In this document: one piece after another, positions 48,001-59,734 of the stretch
Layout: every line of letters starts with the position of its first letter
Numbering within the stretch: position 1 is the stretch's first letter
Assembly: GCA_043228905.1 (NCBI GenBank)
Contig: JBHGNT010000013.1
Span: forward strand, 186,001 to 250,000
Length of the DNA: 64,000 nt
Source of the DNA: Azolla caroliniana
Lineage: Eukaryota; Plantae; Polypodiophyta
Direction of reading: 5' to 3'
The notes under the pieces: model-generated
What the model saw: only the letters and a program-made list of their open reading frames with translations
Told to the model about the DNA's origin: nothing
The model's database searches: none
Position numbers and translations under genes: made by a program

Positions 48001-48975
48001 GCATTAGAGAAGGACCTTGAGCAAGTTAATGTCATCAAAATGAGGATCCAAGGCATCTGGGGTTGTCCTGATCAAGACCAAGAAGTTGGGGCAAAGCATA
48101 TCAATAAAACTTAGATGTTCCAGATGACTTTTAGAAAACTTGTGGAACTATAGATGAAGACGCAGGCAACTTGTTGAATTAGAAGACGTTTCAGAGTCTG
48201 AACATACTAACAATTCAACTTAGCGTACTGACGAAGCCAATGAGGACAATCCTGATGAAAGAGCTAATCCTGAGTAGACGGCTTTACCAGACTTATTATT
48301 CGATTGAATGGTTATGGCTTATTGTAAATTTTGAACAATATGAATTGTTAAATTTTGACATAATATATAAGTTGAGCTTACTTATAATTTTCATGTAACA
48401 ATCATTGAACTTAGAAATTAAGTATACTTGTATGTGTACATGTTATCTAAACTCTCCTTTATCATTTGGGGTATATCGGAGATAAGTTTATACTCTATCA
48501 TTTACTCGTATGATTGGAATGTTATTGTAGACTAGTTTATTTATACATTGACAGTGTCATGTATCACGTGTCAATGGAAATTTTCTCTTGACATAGTAGT
48601 ATCTCTTAATTGCAAGGTTCACAATTTGCTTTAAGATATATTATATTTAAATATACACACATAATTAGAAGAAGTCACTTATTCAATGGGGCATGCTTTT
48701 TAGAATATGCACAAGGACCCGTGTTACTATTATACTTGTGTTGACAAATACACCCCTGTCTAAGATTTGGACAAAAACATGGTAGATAGAATATACGTCG
48801 GATGATTTTGTTGACGTGATATTAGTTAGTTCTTTTTTTCTCTATGTTTTCATAAACCACATACACATGCGTCGTGCCTTGTTGAAATTTTGCTTAAATA
48901 AGGCATTTTTTAACATCTCACTAAGATATGAAAAAGAGAATGCGACATATTACCTGTTTCAAATGACCCGGTGTT
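45004..48975. mobile_element. TIR DNA transposon 2 (non-autonomous or decayed) with 4-bp TSD
   Basis: 37-bp TIRs at 45004-45040 and 48939-48975 with one mismatch (aacaccgggWcatttgaaacaggtaatatgtcgcatt); TSD ACAT at 45000-45003 and 48976-48979. Confidence 0.92.
45900..47800. repeat. Array of ~50-bp palindromes separated by AT-rich spacers
   Basis: About 15-17 copies of ggattttcaacggaaatccgatgcaNtgcatcggatttccgttgaaaRtcc, e.g. at 46233, 46372, 46614, 46774, 46935, 47085, 47147, 47328, 47743. Confidence 0.93.
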
Positions 48976-49120
48976 ACATGCATAAGATTATAACATGAAA
49001 GTACAGAAGGCAAGTACGCCATATGTAACACAATATACTATATTACTCACAATTGAAACATACAATCCAGACTCCTTATATATGTCGGTCAGGATACAAA
49101 ACAATGCGGCTCCGGATTGG

Positions 49121-49499
49121 TACATCCGTCTTGATCCATCATCACTAAATATCATATTCCTAATGATCTAATATCTAGAACTCTGGTTCCGACCTCCGGT
49201 TCATACTCTTCTTTGGGCAACACATGGCATGCCCATGGGACAGTGCCTTGCATGTCGATCCCGCAACCCATAACCATCATCTCTAGTCCTCTTGCCCCTT
49301 TAGCTCTCCTACATCCATCTTGATCCATCATCACTTAATATCATATTCCTAATGATCTAATATCTAGGACTCTGGTTCCGACCACCGGTTCATACTCTTC
49401 TCTGGACAACACATGGAATGCTCGTGGGACAATGCCTTGCATGTCGATCCCACAAGCCATAACCATCATCTCTAGTTCTTCTGCCCCTTTAGCTCTCCT
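49121..49499. repeat. 189-bp tandem duplication
   Basis: Units start tacatcc at 49121 and 49310. Confidence 0.9.
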
Positions 49500-51215
49500 C
49501 GAGTATGTCTAAAATGTCCTAGTCCACCAGATTCAGCCATTCTTCTTCTTCTCCTGCCATTTGTTGTTGTGTACAGTCATGGTTTAGTTGTTGACCTTCA
49601 TTGGCCATTTGTTGCTCTTCTGCACCCCGTTGTTGCATAGGTGCTTGCTCCGTCAGCTGCTCGGGTTGTGTCACTAGCTAGTCTGTTTGTGACTCTGGCT
49701 GGTGCCCCTTCGTTGGATCCGGCTCAACCACTGGTTGCTCTTCATCGTTGATGTTTATTTGCTTTGCTACCCTTCGCCTTCTCTCCCTCTCGTAAGCTTC
49801 GAGTTCTAGTGTCAGCTACAGTTGATCGTCCTCAAATTCCTCTAATAACTTCTAGAACCCATCGATTTGTACCTAGGCCATAACATAAAAATCATTCGAC
49901 AACTTCTCTCGGATTTTGGCCTTAGAAGACGTTAATATATCTTTCTTTCTTTCTTTCTCGGATGGTGATGATGCTCTCGTGGACTATTTTATAAAAGTGG
50001 TCCCCAGTCTTTTTCCTGTTTTCCACGTCAACACAAAGTATTTGGAGTTCAATTGCCTGTTTTGACTAGTGTTCCCTTACAACCGCAGAACATTCCTCCA
50101 TTCTTTCTCTCATTCGTTCATGCTGGCCTTCGACAATAAGCCATATTCTTTTGATTCCCATCTGCACTCTTTCCTTAGTGGCTTCCTTCTCTTGCTTTAG
50201 CTGCTTGATCAAGTGTGTTGTGGCCGTTGCTTGAGCCTCGTAATTCATGGCCTGAGTCTAATAGGTCATCTGGACTTTATTGAGCACTTTGCTTGACCAT
50301 TATATTATCCGGTTTTGCTCTATCAGCAACTTCAACCGTTCCTTTGCCGTGTCCCCTAACAATTTTGTTGTCATCTCTTCAAGGATGCCTTCCTCCATTC
50401 TCTGTTTTTTGACTTTGGCTGATCTTCGTAATTGTTTTTCCTTCTCCAAAATTGTCGCTTGCACGACTATCTCATCTATCATGCTTGCAATCTCCTTCTC
50501 CCACTCTTTTTCTTTCTTGAGTGCCATTTCTGCAACATGTTTCTCCCTCCGAGCCTCCTCTGGTACTGTATTTGGTACAACTAGTTCCTACTCCGGAACG
50601 TGCTTCTTTGGCTCCGACTTTGTTGTATTTTCTCAGCCTAGATTTGCTTGTATGGCCAATAACTCTTGGGCCTTCTTCAACTCTTCCTTTAGTGCCATAA
50701 TGCAAGAGTTAGCCTGAACCAATTTCTTGGTCATCACCTCCGTCTTCTCTGTCTATGTGGGAAGGCTTACCCATTCCTTCTACTCTGTTGCCATCCACGT
50801 TGCTTCCCTGGCAACTTGTTGTCCTAGCCATTCAATGAGTTGTTGGGAGGTACCATATTGTGCAAATGTTTGCACCGCATTTGGCATTCCTCCATGCTCT
50901 TCAGCTTCTCTGTGTACCCGAAATGCATGCTCTTCTTGGCCCTACAGGTTCTCCAGCCAATTGTTTGCTTCATTCGTTTCCTGATCGGTGCGACTTGGTT
51001 GAGCTTGCCTTTGTTACTCCAATTCTGGTTGAACTGTGGGTATCACTTTTGGTCTTATCATCATTTATGTGCCCTCTACAGGCCTCGGCTTTGATACGAA
51101 AAAGCAGGATCCACCAGGCGAACTTGCCTGTTAATGAAGCTTTGGACACCAAATAAAGTAGCGCGGAGTGATCCACTTGGAATGAAACTTTCGTCCTAGC
51201 TAATAGTGCTGGTAC
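49500..51215 (-). pseudogene. Remnant of a gypsy-type element: RNase H fragment plus a decayed charged/coiled-coil ORF
   Basis: RKFHFQVDHSALLYLVSKASLTGKFAWWILL (gypsy RNase H) at ~51090-51215; E/K-rich ORF pieces at 50066-50705. Confidence 0.55.
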
Positions 51216-51229
51216 TTATTTACATTGTC

Positions 51230-54200
51230 TTCTCCACGTGCAAACTATTAGTTATATTATTATCTCTTTATAATAATAATAATATCTCCATTCCGCTTCT
51301 TCTACATATCATTATCCCTTTCTCTTGTCTGCGTGCTGACAATTTGAACCGGAATACCTCTTCTACCCAAAATCTCCTAACACTCTGAAGGCTTCCATTA
51401 GCCTTGAGGAACATCAATTTGTCTTATCAGAGCTTGAATGCTTGAAAGGTAAGTTCGTGGCTCTTGAACAAGAGAATCAACATCTACTTGGAGATCTACA
51501 ACAAGTCACAATGGAGAAGCGACAACATGATGAAGAATTGACACAACGAGTATGATAATATGAGGAACGGGTTCAACAATGAGAGATGGCGCTAGCTTCT
51601 TCACAACAACAAGTAGTCGAAACTCAAGGCATTTTTAAGGAACCTAAGATAAGGCTTCCAACAAGGTTTGATGGTACACGCTCGCAATTTCGGGGCTTTC
51701 TGAATCAGGTACGATTAGTAATTCAAATGCACCCGACACGTTATCCAACTCAAGAATCCCAAGTGGGACTAGTAGGCACTTTATTAAGAGGTTCAGCTTT
51801 GTCTTGGTTTACACCACTATTAGAACAAAAATCTCCATTGTTAGATGATTTTGAAGCTTTTATTGAGGAATTCAAAACATGTTTTGGAGATACGGACAAT
51901 GTAAGGACAGCCATAAATAAGATCTGTAGGCTACGACAAGGGGATCATCCAGCTTCTGCCTATGCCGTTGACTTCCGTCTCCTCACATCTGACATCTCGT
52001 GGGACTAGCAAGCATTAATGGAACAATTTCGATATGGCCTTTGTAATGATGTGAAGGATTTGCTTCTTACTTTTCTGGAGGATCCCAAATCACTTACGGA
52101 GGCAATACGTAGAGCGGTAAGATGTGACAATAGACTATTCGAAAGACGTTCCAAGTGGCAACAACTTATGGTGTGATCAAGATTAGAGCCTACTTATGCA
52201 TCAGTTGTGGCAAGACCACTTTATAGGCAATAATTTAATATTGCTCCAACGGATGTGCCTACGCCAATGGAGATTGAAGCAACATGAAGACAAGGACCAT
52301 TATCAGATGAGGAAAAGCAAAGACATCAAGCAAATCGCCTATGCTTGTACTGTGGGAGTCCTGGACACATTGCAATCAATTGTCCCAATCGACCAAAGTG
52401 TCAAGTAAATCAAATCCTTACTACACCTCAGTCTAATCCAATAAGAATATCTGAAAACAATCTCAATAGCCCAACTCTCCCAAATAGAGCAAATAATCCT
52501 CATAGCCCAACTCTCTCAAATAGATTGGAAGTTTTGAGTAAATTAGAGGAAGAGTTAAACGAATAGGTCCAGCCAAAATAGGAGCCATTTGGTTGGACAA
52601 TCCTAGATCTATACAACCTATCCCTAGTATTGGTTCCATTTCTTCCAAGGAAGTAAGTAAAGTCTTCTCAGCTCAAGTAGAAGTTAGTACCTCAAGCCAA
52701 CATCAAGTTCATGTCTTAGCCCTTCTAGACACTAGAGCCAATTCTTGTTTCATGGATAGGGAATTTGCCTTAGCACAGAAAATATCCTTGCATAAACTCC
52801 CCAATCAAGCTTCCGTAGTAGTCATTGATGGACGCCCTATTGCTTCTGGAAACATAACTGAAGAGTCCGAGCCTGTACGAGTAGTCTTAGATGATTTGGC
52901 ATGTGTTATATCCTTCAATATTATTTGTATTCCAGAGCATCCGATCGTCCTAGGCTTACCTTGGTTCGAGCTTCAGAACCCAAGCATTGATTAACAGAAA
53001 TGGACAATTAGATGTCAAATTCAAGGTAAAAAAGAATTCCAAATGTTAGAAGATCGTAGTGTAAAGGCTAAATACTGAAAAATTTCTACTATTTCGCAAC
53101 AATAATTACGCAAAGAAGGAAGAAAGGAAGAGATGTTTCTATTCGCAATATCAGCAAAGCCTTTTAAAGACTCTAAGGGTAGTTCAGAGATTAAACTTCC
53201 ACACAAGTATAAAGAATTTGCAGATGTCTTCGACAATGTGAAAGCTAGTATACTCCCTGAGCATCGACCTTATGATTGTCCCATCAACCTACAACCAGGG
53301 AAAGAGCCATCATGGGGACCGATCTATAATTTGTCTCCAACAGAGCTGGAAGTTCTTTGGGAATACATTGATGAAAATTTGGCAAAAGAATTCATTCGAC
53401 ATTCAAAGTCTCCAGCTGGGGCACCCATTTTCTTCGTGAAAAAGAAAGATGGCTTACTTCGTTTGGTGGTGGATTATCGAGGGTGGTTGAATAAGGTCAC
53501 TATCAGAAATAGGTATGCATTACCTTTGATCTCTACCCTTTTAGAACAGATTAGTGGGGCAAATTATTTTACTAAAATAGATCTCCGAGGTGCTTATAAT
53601 CTTGTCTGGATTCGTCCTGGCGATGAATGGAAGACGGCTTTTCGCACTCAATATGGCCATTTTGAATATACAGTTATACCATTTGGATTTACTAATGCAC
53701 ATGCAGTTTTTCAGCATATGGCTAATGATATCTTTCGGGATTTTCTAGATATCTTTTTTATTATTTACTTAGATGATCTGTTGATCTATTCCAAGACATA
53801 TGAAGAGCATAATGCCCATGTTCGGCAAGTTTTACAATGGTTGCATGAATATGGCCTTTATGCTAAATTGGAGAAATGCAATTTTGATTGCAAACAAGTA
53901 GAGTTTTTGGGCTATGTTGTTTCATCCGAAGGTATCTCAATGGATCTAGCTAAAGTTCCATGTTAGATTGGCAAATTCGATGTTCGGTCCGAGATGTCCA
54001 ATGTTTTTTAGGATTTGCAAACTTCTAGTGCAAATTCATTAAGGGTTATTTGGCTATCATTTTACCTCTTATGCGGCTCATCGAAAAGAATCAGCCATTT
54101 ATTTGGACACCTGGTGCAACCAAGGCTTTTATGGATTTAAGAAAGGCATTTAGATCTGCCCCTATATTAGCTCATGTTGATCCCCACAAACCATTTATTA

Positions 54201-56075
54201 TGGAAGCTGATGCATCGGATTTTGCTCTCGGAAGCATCTTGTCACAACAGGGAGATGATGGGCAACTTCATCCAGTGGCTTTCCATTCACGTAATTTCAA
54301 TGTTGTAGAAATCAACTATGAAGTGCATGATAAAGAATTGCTAGCTATTGTTGACTCCTTTGAGCAATGGCGACATCTCTTGGAGGGTTCTCTTCATCAA
54401 ATACTAGTTTATAGTGACCACAAAAACCTAACATACTTTCATAATGTGCGGGTGTTGACAAGGCGGCAGGCTCAGTGGGCACAATCCCTCACTCGTTTTG
54501 AGTTTAAAATTCTATATTGGCCTGGATCACAGCAGGGCAAGGCAGATGCTTTATCTCGAAGGACATATCTTGCACCTCGTCCTAGTGAGGTAGCATTTGA
54601 TGATCAAAAACAAATTCTTTTAGGACCTGCACAGTTACAAACAGTGGAAGTTTCACACATGCCAATTGATTCCAACATCCTTAATTCTATTTGCCAGGAT
54701 CTTCAAATAGATGTCTTTGCTCAAGAAGTTCTCGATCACATTGATCTGAATCGTGCTTCTTGTTCTAAGGGACAACATCCTCATGTAGATTACAATAAAT
54801 TCACATGGCAGAATGATCTACTATTTTATAAGGGTCTTCTCTATGTCCCTGAAGGATCTTCTCGTCTTAAGGTGTTACAACATTGCCATGACACTTATAT
54901 GGTTGGGCATTTTGGGATTCAAAAGACCTTAGAGCTAGTTAGTCAAGCATTTTTGTGGCCTAAGCTCCATAATTTTGTTGAGGAGTATGTTCATACATGT
55001 GACACACGTTGTCGTACAAAAATGCCTTGTTACCATCCTTATGGATTGTTACAACCATTGCCAATCACAACAAAACCTTGGCAATCTATTTCGCTTGATT
55101 TTATTACTGATTTGCCCCCTTCTCGAGGGTTTGATACTATCTTGACAGTGGTGGACCTCTTTACAAAGATGGCACATTTCCTACCATGTACGAAGACCAT
55201 CAATAGTAAGGAGACAAGTGATCTTGTTATGTGAGGTATTTCTACATCATGGCTTTCCGGATAACATCATTAGCGATCGTGGGCCACAATTCATCTCAAA
55301 ATTTTGGCGGCATTTATTATCACTACTCAAGATCTCTTGCAACCTCTCTTCAAGTTATCATCCACAAATTGATGATCAGGCTGAGAGAACCAACCAAACA
55401 TTAGAACAATATCTTTGTTGTTTTATCAACTATCAACAAGGTGATTGGGCCATTATTCTTCATTTCGCGGAGTTTGCATACAACAATTCCATCCACTCTT
55501 CCACTAAGGTCACTCCAATTTTTGCATATACAAGTCATCACCCTCGATGGAATTTCATAGAGATTTCTGAAGTTCCAACTAATCCAACAGCTGAAAATTG
55601 AGTGTCCCACATTCGACATATTCAAGAAGAGGTGTTGACCCACCTAGAACACGCTCAAGCATCCCATAAGACAGCCACTGATCGACATCGACTTCCACAT
55701 AACTTCCAAAAGGGAGATCGTGTATGGCTTCTGCAACAACATGTGCGAACAACACACCCTTGTGATAAATTGGATCATCAACACTTAGGCCCATTCACGA
55801 TTGCTACACAAATAAATGATGTAGCTTTTGGCTTGGATCTACCCTCCCATATGCGTCTTCACCCAGTATTTCATTGTTCACTTCTTGAGCCTTGTGCTAC
55901 TACCACTATTCCACATCATATTGTGCCACCTCCACCTATCGTTCAACTCGCTGATAGGCCGGAATATGAGGTTGCAACTATCCTTGATTCCAAGATCATC
56001 CGCAATAAGCTATATATTACTTGGTGGATTGGCTTGGATACAATCCCAATGATAGTCAACCCCATGTTCTTGCTT
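51230..56075 (+). mobile_element. Ty3/gypsy chromovirus element O (Tcn1-like): partial 5' LTR and nearly complete degenerate gag-pol
   Basis: LTR end gctgaca at 51341; gag EPKIRLPTRFDG and [14 protein letters not shown]; protease LLDTRANSCF; RT KIDLRGAYNLV and IYLDDLLI; RNase H EADASDFALG, NYEVHDKELLAI; integrase WQSISLDFITDLP, ISDRGPQF; chromodomain PEYEVATILDS; order PR-RT-RH-INT-CHD. Confidence 0.95.
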
Positions 56076-59000
56076 GAACCCTTTTGCAACAAGATGAGCT
56101 TTGTGCTTGGGTTTTTCTGAGTCGGATACATACTTGTATCAGAACACCCATTTGCAATTTAGCGGCTTTCTTCTGGCTGGTAGTTCGACTAGCTCGCATG
56201 TCTGATTCTTGTGAATCAAGTCCATTTCGGATTTCATGGCTTGTAGCCATGTTTCGGCGTCTGGTGCGGCCATAACTTCTTCATATGTGCTTGGTTCGCC
56301 TGCATCAGTGTAGTTGATGTAGTCGAGGCCCAGTTCGTAGAACTCTATTTGCCTTCAAGCTCGTCCAAATCTCCTGAGTGTCGAGATGTTTGGTTCAGGT
56401 ACTTCGATCGGTATTTGTTGAGCCGCTTGTGTTAGGATTCTTGTTAGATATCCCATCCCCATCTGAGATTTCGGCGGTGTCGCGTTGTCCTCCCATATGG
56501 ACTTTGTCGAATCGGTTCTGTTTCCTACTCACATCTTGTTGACTTTGCCTTCTTCAACTCTTGTCAAATAGGGGTTGTCTTTTATGGCTTTCTCTTTGAG
56601 TTCGACTAGTGGAGTTCCTACCGATTTGAAGTCGGCAGGTGTGTTGTCGGCTTGGTCGAGTTCGAATGTTTGTTGAATCTTGGAGTCTGCCTAGTGGATC
56701 GGTTCTTCTACGACGTCTCTATCGCCTTTGAAGGATACCTTTTTCCCTACTATTTTTTGCTGGTTTCGATGACAGAAGATAGAGTCTTCATTGAAGACAA
56801 CGTACATCATTGCTCCGGATCAGTTTCCGGTTCTCAGGGTCCCATAGCCAGTAGCCGAAGTCCCCATTGGTTCCATAACTGAGAAATATGCACTTTGTTG
56901 CATGGGGTGCCAACTTGGTCCTTTTCTCCCTAGGGAAGAACGCATAGGCTTCGCATCCGAATATACGGAACCTATCATAGGTCAGTTGTTTGCCAGACCA
57001 TAGTGCTTGTGGCACTTCGAGCCTGATTGCTCTTCATGGCACCACATTTATCAGGTATACTACCGTCTGCAATGCCTCGGCCTAGAATTCTAGCTTTAAT
57101 TCAACTTGATGGAGCATTGTCGTCACCCTCTCCTAGATCGTTCGGTTGATTCGTTCAGCCAACCCATTCTTAATGGGTGTGTAAGGAACGGTCTTTTGAT
57201 GCTGGATCCCTTTGTTGGACAGGTACTATTTGAAGGCTTTGGAAGTGTACTCACCTCTGTTGTCGGATCGGAGTGTCTTCACTCTATATCCTGACCGGTT
57301 CTCCACTCCAAATGTCCATCGAGTGAAGACCTTGAGCGCTTCATCTTTAGACTTGATGGAGTAAGCCCAAATGTTTCGCATACATTCATCTACGAACATG
57401 ATGAAGTACCAGGAGCCTCCTAGTGATCGCTCTAGCATAGGTACACATATGTCTATGTGCACAAGCTCTAGGGGCTATTGTATTGTCTCGTAGTGGAGAG
57501 TTTGCGGACTTTGAGTCTATTTCCCATATCGACAATGCTCACAAAAGTTCATCTTTGCTTGGAGTTTCGGGATGTAGCCGACCGCCATCAGTCGATCAAG
57601 TCCGGCTTGAGACATGTGACCGAGTCGGCCATGCCATAGGTTTGGGTCGGTCTTCTCGGCTAAGTTCATACCCCCTTCAGGGTTGATCGCCATTAACGGG
57701 TACAATTTGTTGTACTTGTGCCCACTCCCAATTTTGAGGTTTCCTCGGCTGATCACCCATGTTGACTCATGCAGAGTCATTAGGTACCTGACCTTGGCTA
57801 GCATGCCGATGGAGACCAGACTCCATTTCAGATCGGGTACGAGCTGAACTCGATGCAGGGTTATTGTGTTGCCATTTGGCAATCTGATGGGAACCTCTCC
57901 GTTCCGGTTATCTTGCACTCCTACCCGTTTCCTAGTCGGATTGTACCACTGGTGTCGGCTGAATAATCGAAAACCATTCAATGTTGGGGGTCACGTGGAA
58001 AGTGGCACCGGAATCTAGTAGCCACATGTATGCATCTTGTGCACTATAGAGGACTTCTCTGATCATCGAGTCCTCTAGCGAGAGGATTTCTCTGGATCGA
58101 GTGTCGGCAATGTTAACTTCATTGTCGATTGGAGAGTGGTCCGAGTCAGGTCGTCCTCGATTCTGCTCGGATCACCGACCACTCTCTTTCCTCTTCATCG
58201 ACCAGCAATCAAAAACATTGTGGCCAGCTTTTCTGCAATGTGCGCAAAATTTGCTTGATCGGCCCGTTCTAGACGTCGACCGCTGTCGATCTCCCCTCGT
58301 TTTCCATCGACTGTAGCGTCGACCAGCTCTATTGGCTTGTTCTTTCAATCGACTTTGTCGATCGACCGACTCAGTTGAGTGGTGGGCTTCTGCTGATTCA
58401 TTGATGGTAAGTCCCATCGATTTTCGCCGAATGTCCTCTATGAGGAGTTGGCCGATTGTCTCATCTAGATTTAGGATCAATCGACTATTGGCGTATGTCG
58501 TGGAGAATACCTCCCAACTCGCCAACAAGCTCAATAGGAGGGCAAGGGCTTTCACTTCTTCTTCGAAGGTGTTGATGTGGGAGGTAGCCGGATCGGTTTC
58601 TCTCATCTTTATGTTGAAGAGCTGTTTGATCAAAATCAGTTTCGAAGATGAAGACTTCTTCTCGTACATGGCTTGCAACTTCTCCCACAATGAGAATGAT
58701 GTTTTCTCTTTTTCCATGCTAAAGTAGAAGTTTTCGGCCAGATGCATTCGGATGGTGGAGCGTGCGATCTCATCCATCAATTTCCACTCTTCGCCTGTCA
58801 TCGAAGCAGGTTTTTCATTGTGTCAAATAACTTCGACTTGTCTTCTGATGAACAGAACATCCTACATCATCTCCTTCCAAAGTGCAAAATTTTTGTCATC
58901 AAACTTTCTGATTTCAACTCCTGTTCCCGATGTTGAAGCCATGTTCTTCTGTGAAAGTGAGATTTTTAATGACCTTGTCTTTTTCTTGTTTTTTTTTCTG

Positions 59001-59340
59001 TTGTTTCTGTCGTCTGATGCCATTGAATAGCAATGTCGCTCTAATACCAATTGAAGGTACAATGTCTGCGGAAACGTATGTGGAAGCGTACGAGGACCTG
59101 TGTTTGCATGCTCAAAAAACAACACAGAAAAGGAAGAATGCGGAGACTTGCACAAATTCGAGCTTTAATGGAAGCTTTATTACTCTCTCTCTTACTCCCT
59201 CAAAGACTCAATATACAATATGATCAAGAGGAGCTTCTTTACAACGTTACGTTATTGCTTATATACTAAGCCCTAACTATGTGGACGAGTTCACACTAGG
59301 ACGGATACAAGTTGGAAGGAGTCGGCCTTTTATGCCAACA
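56076..59340 (-). mobile_element. Ty1/copia element S, 5' half: LTR, PBS, gag, protease, integrase
   Basis: LTR 59052-59340 (tgaagg..ccaaca); PBS (rc) gctctaatacca 59038-59049; gag IRKFDDKNFALWKEMM, CAHCRKAGHNVFDC, WLLDSGATFH, LWHGRLGH, LRSDNRGEY. Confidence 0.92.
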
Positions 59341-59734
59341 AATTCTAGCAAGCCAAAAAGGATGTTCCTGGTTTGCATCTCTTGAAGTCGTGGGAAGTTG
59401 ATGTGGCCGAATCGCTTATGCCACAAATCAATGTATGATGCTTCGTTCTATCCTTTGGCGAACATTGCCATGCCAATTCCATTCATCTCGAGAATGAACA
59501 TCCTCCCTTTTTTGCGCCCTAACGTGATGATTCAGTTTCTTCGATGAAGCAAGCATGATGAGTGAACCGAACCTACATTCCTTGATCGACGATTTGTCCA
59601 ACTGACACCAAGTTCTTGGTCATCGTCAAGGTGTGACTCATTACCCCTTTATGGTTGACATGGCTTAGAGGCACATCTCCAATATGTTCGATGGGAGGAG
59701 GGGTGTCTTCGTTGGTTTTGACTACCCTTGGCTA
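59341..59734 (-). pseudogene. Copia fragment T (C/K-type protease to GAG-pre-integrase region)
   Basis: TKNLVSVGQIVDQGM, GRMFILE, HKRFGHINF remnants. Confidence 0.8.

Noticed and set aside
45007-48973. CACTA-type element with CACCG ends and 3-bp TSD
   Set aside because: That boundary gives non-matching flanks (TAA vs TTA); extending the TIR by AA/TT yields a perfect ACAT duplication.
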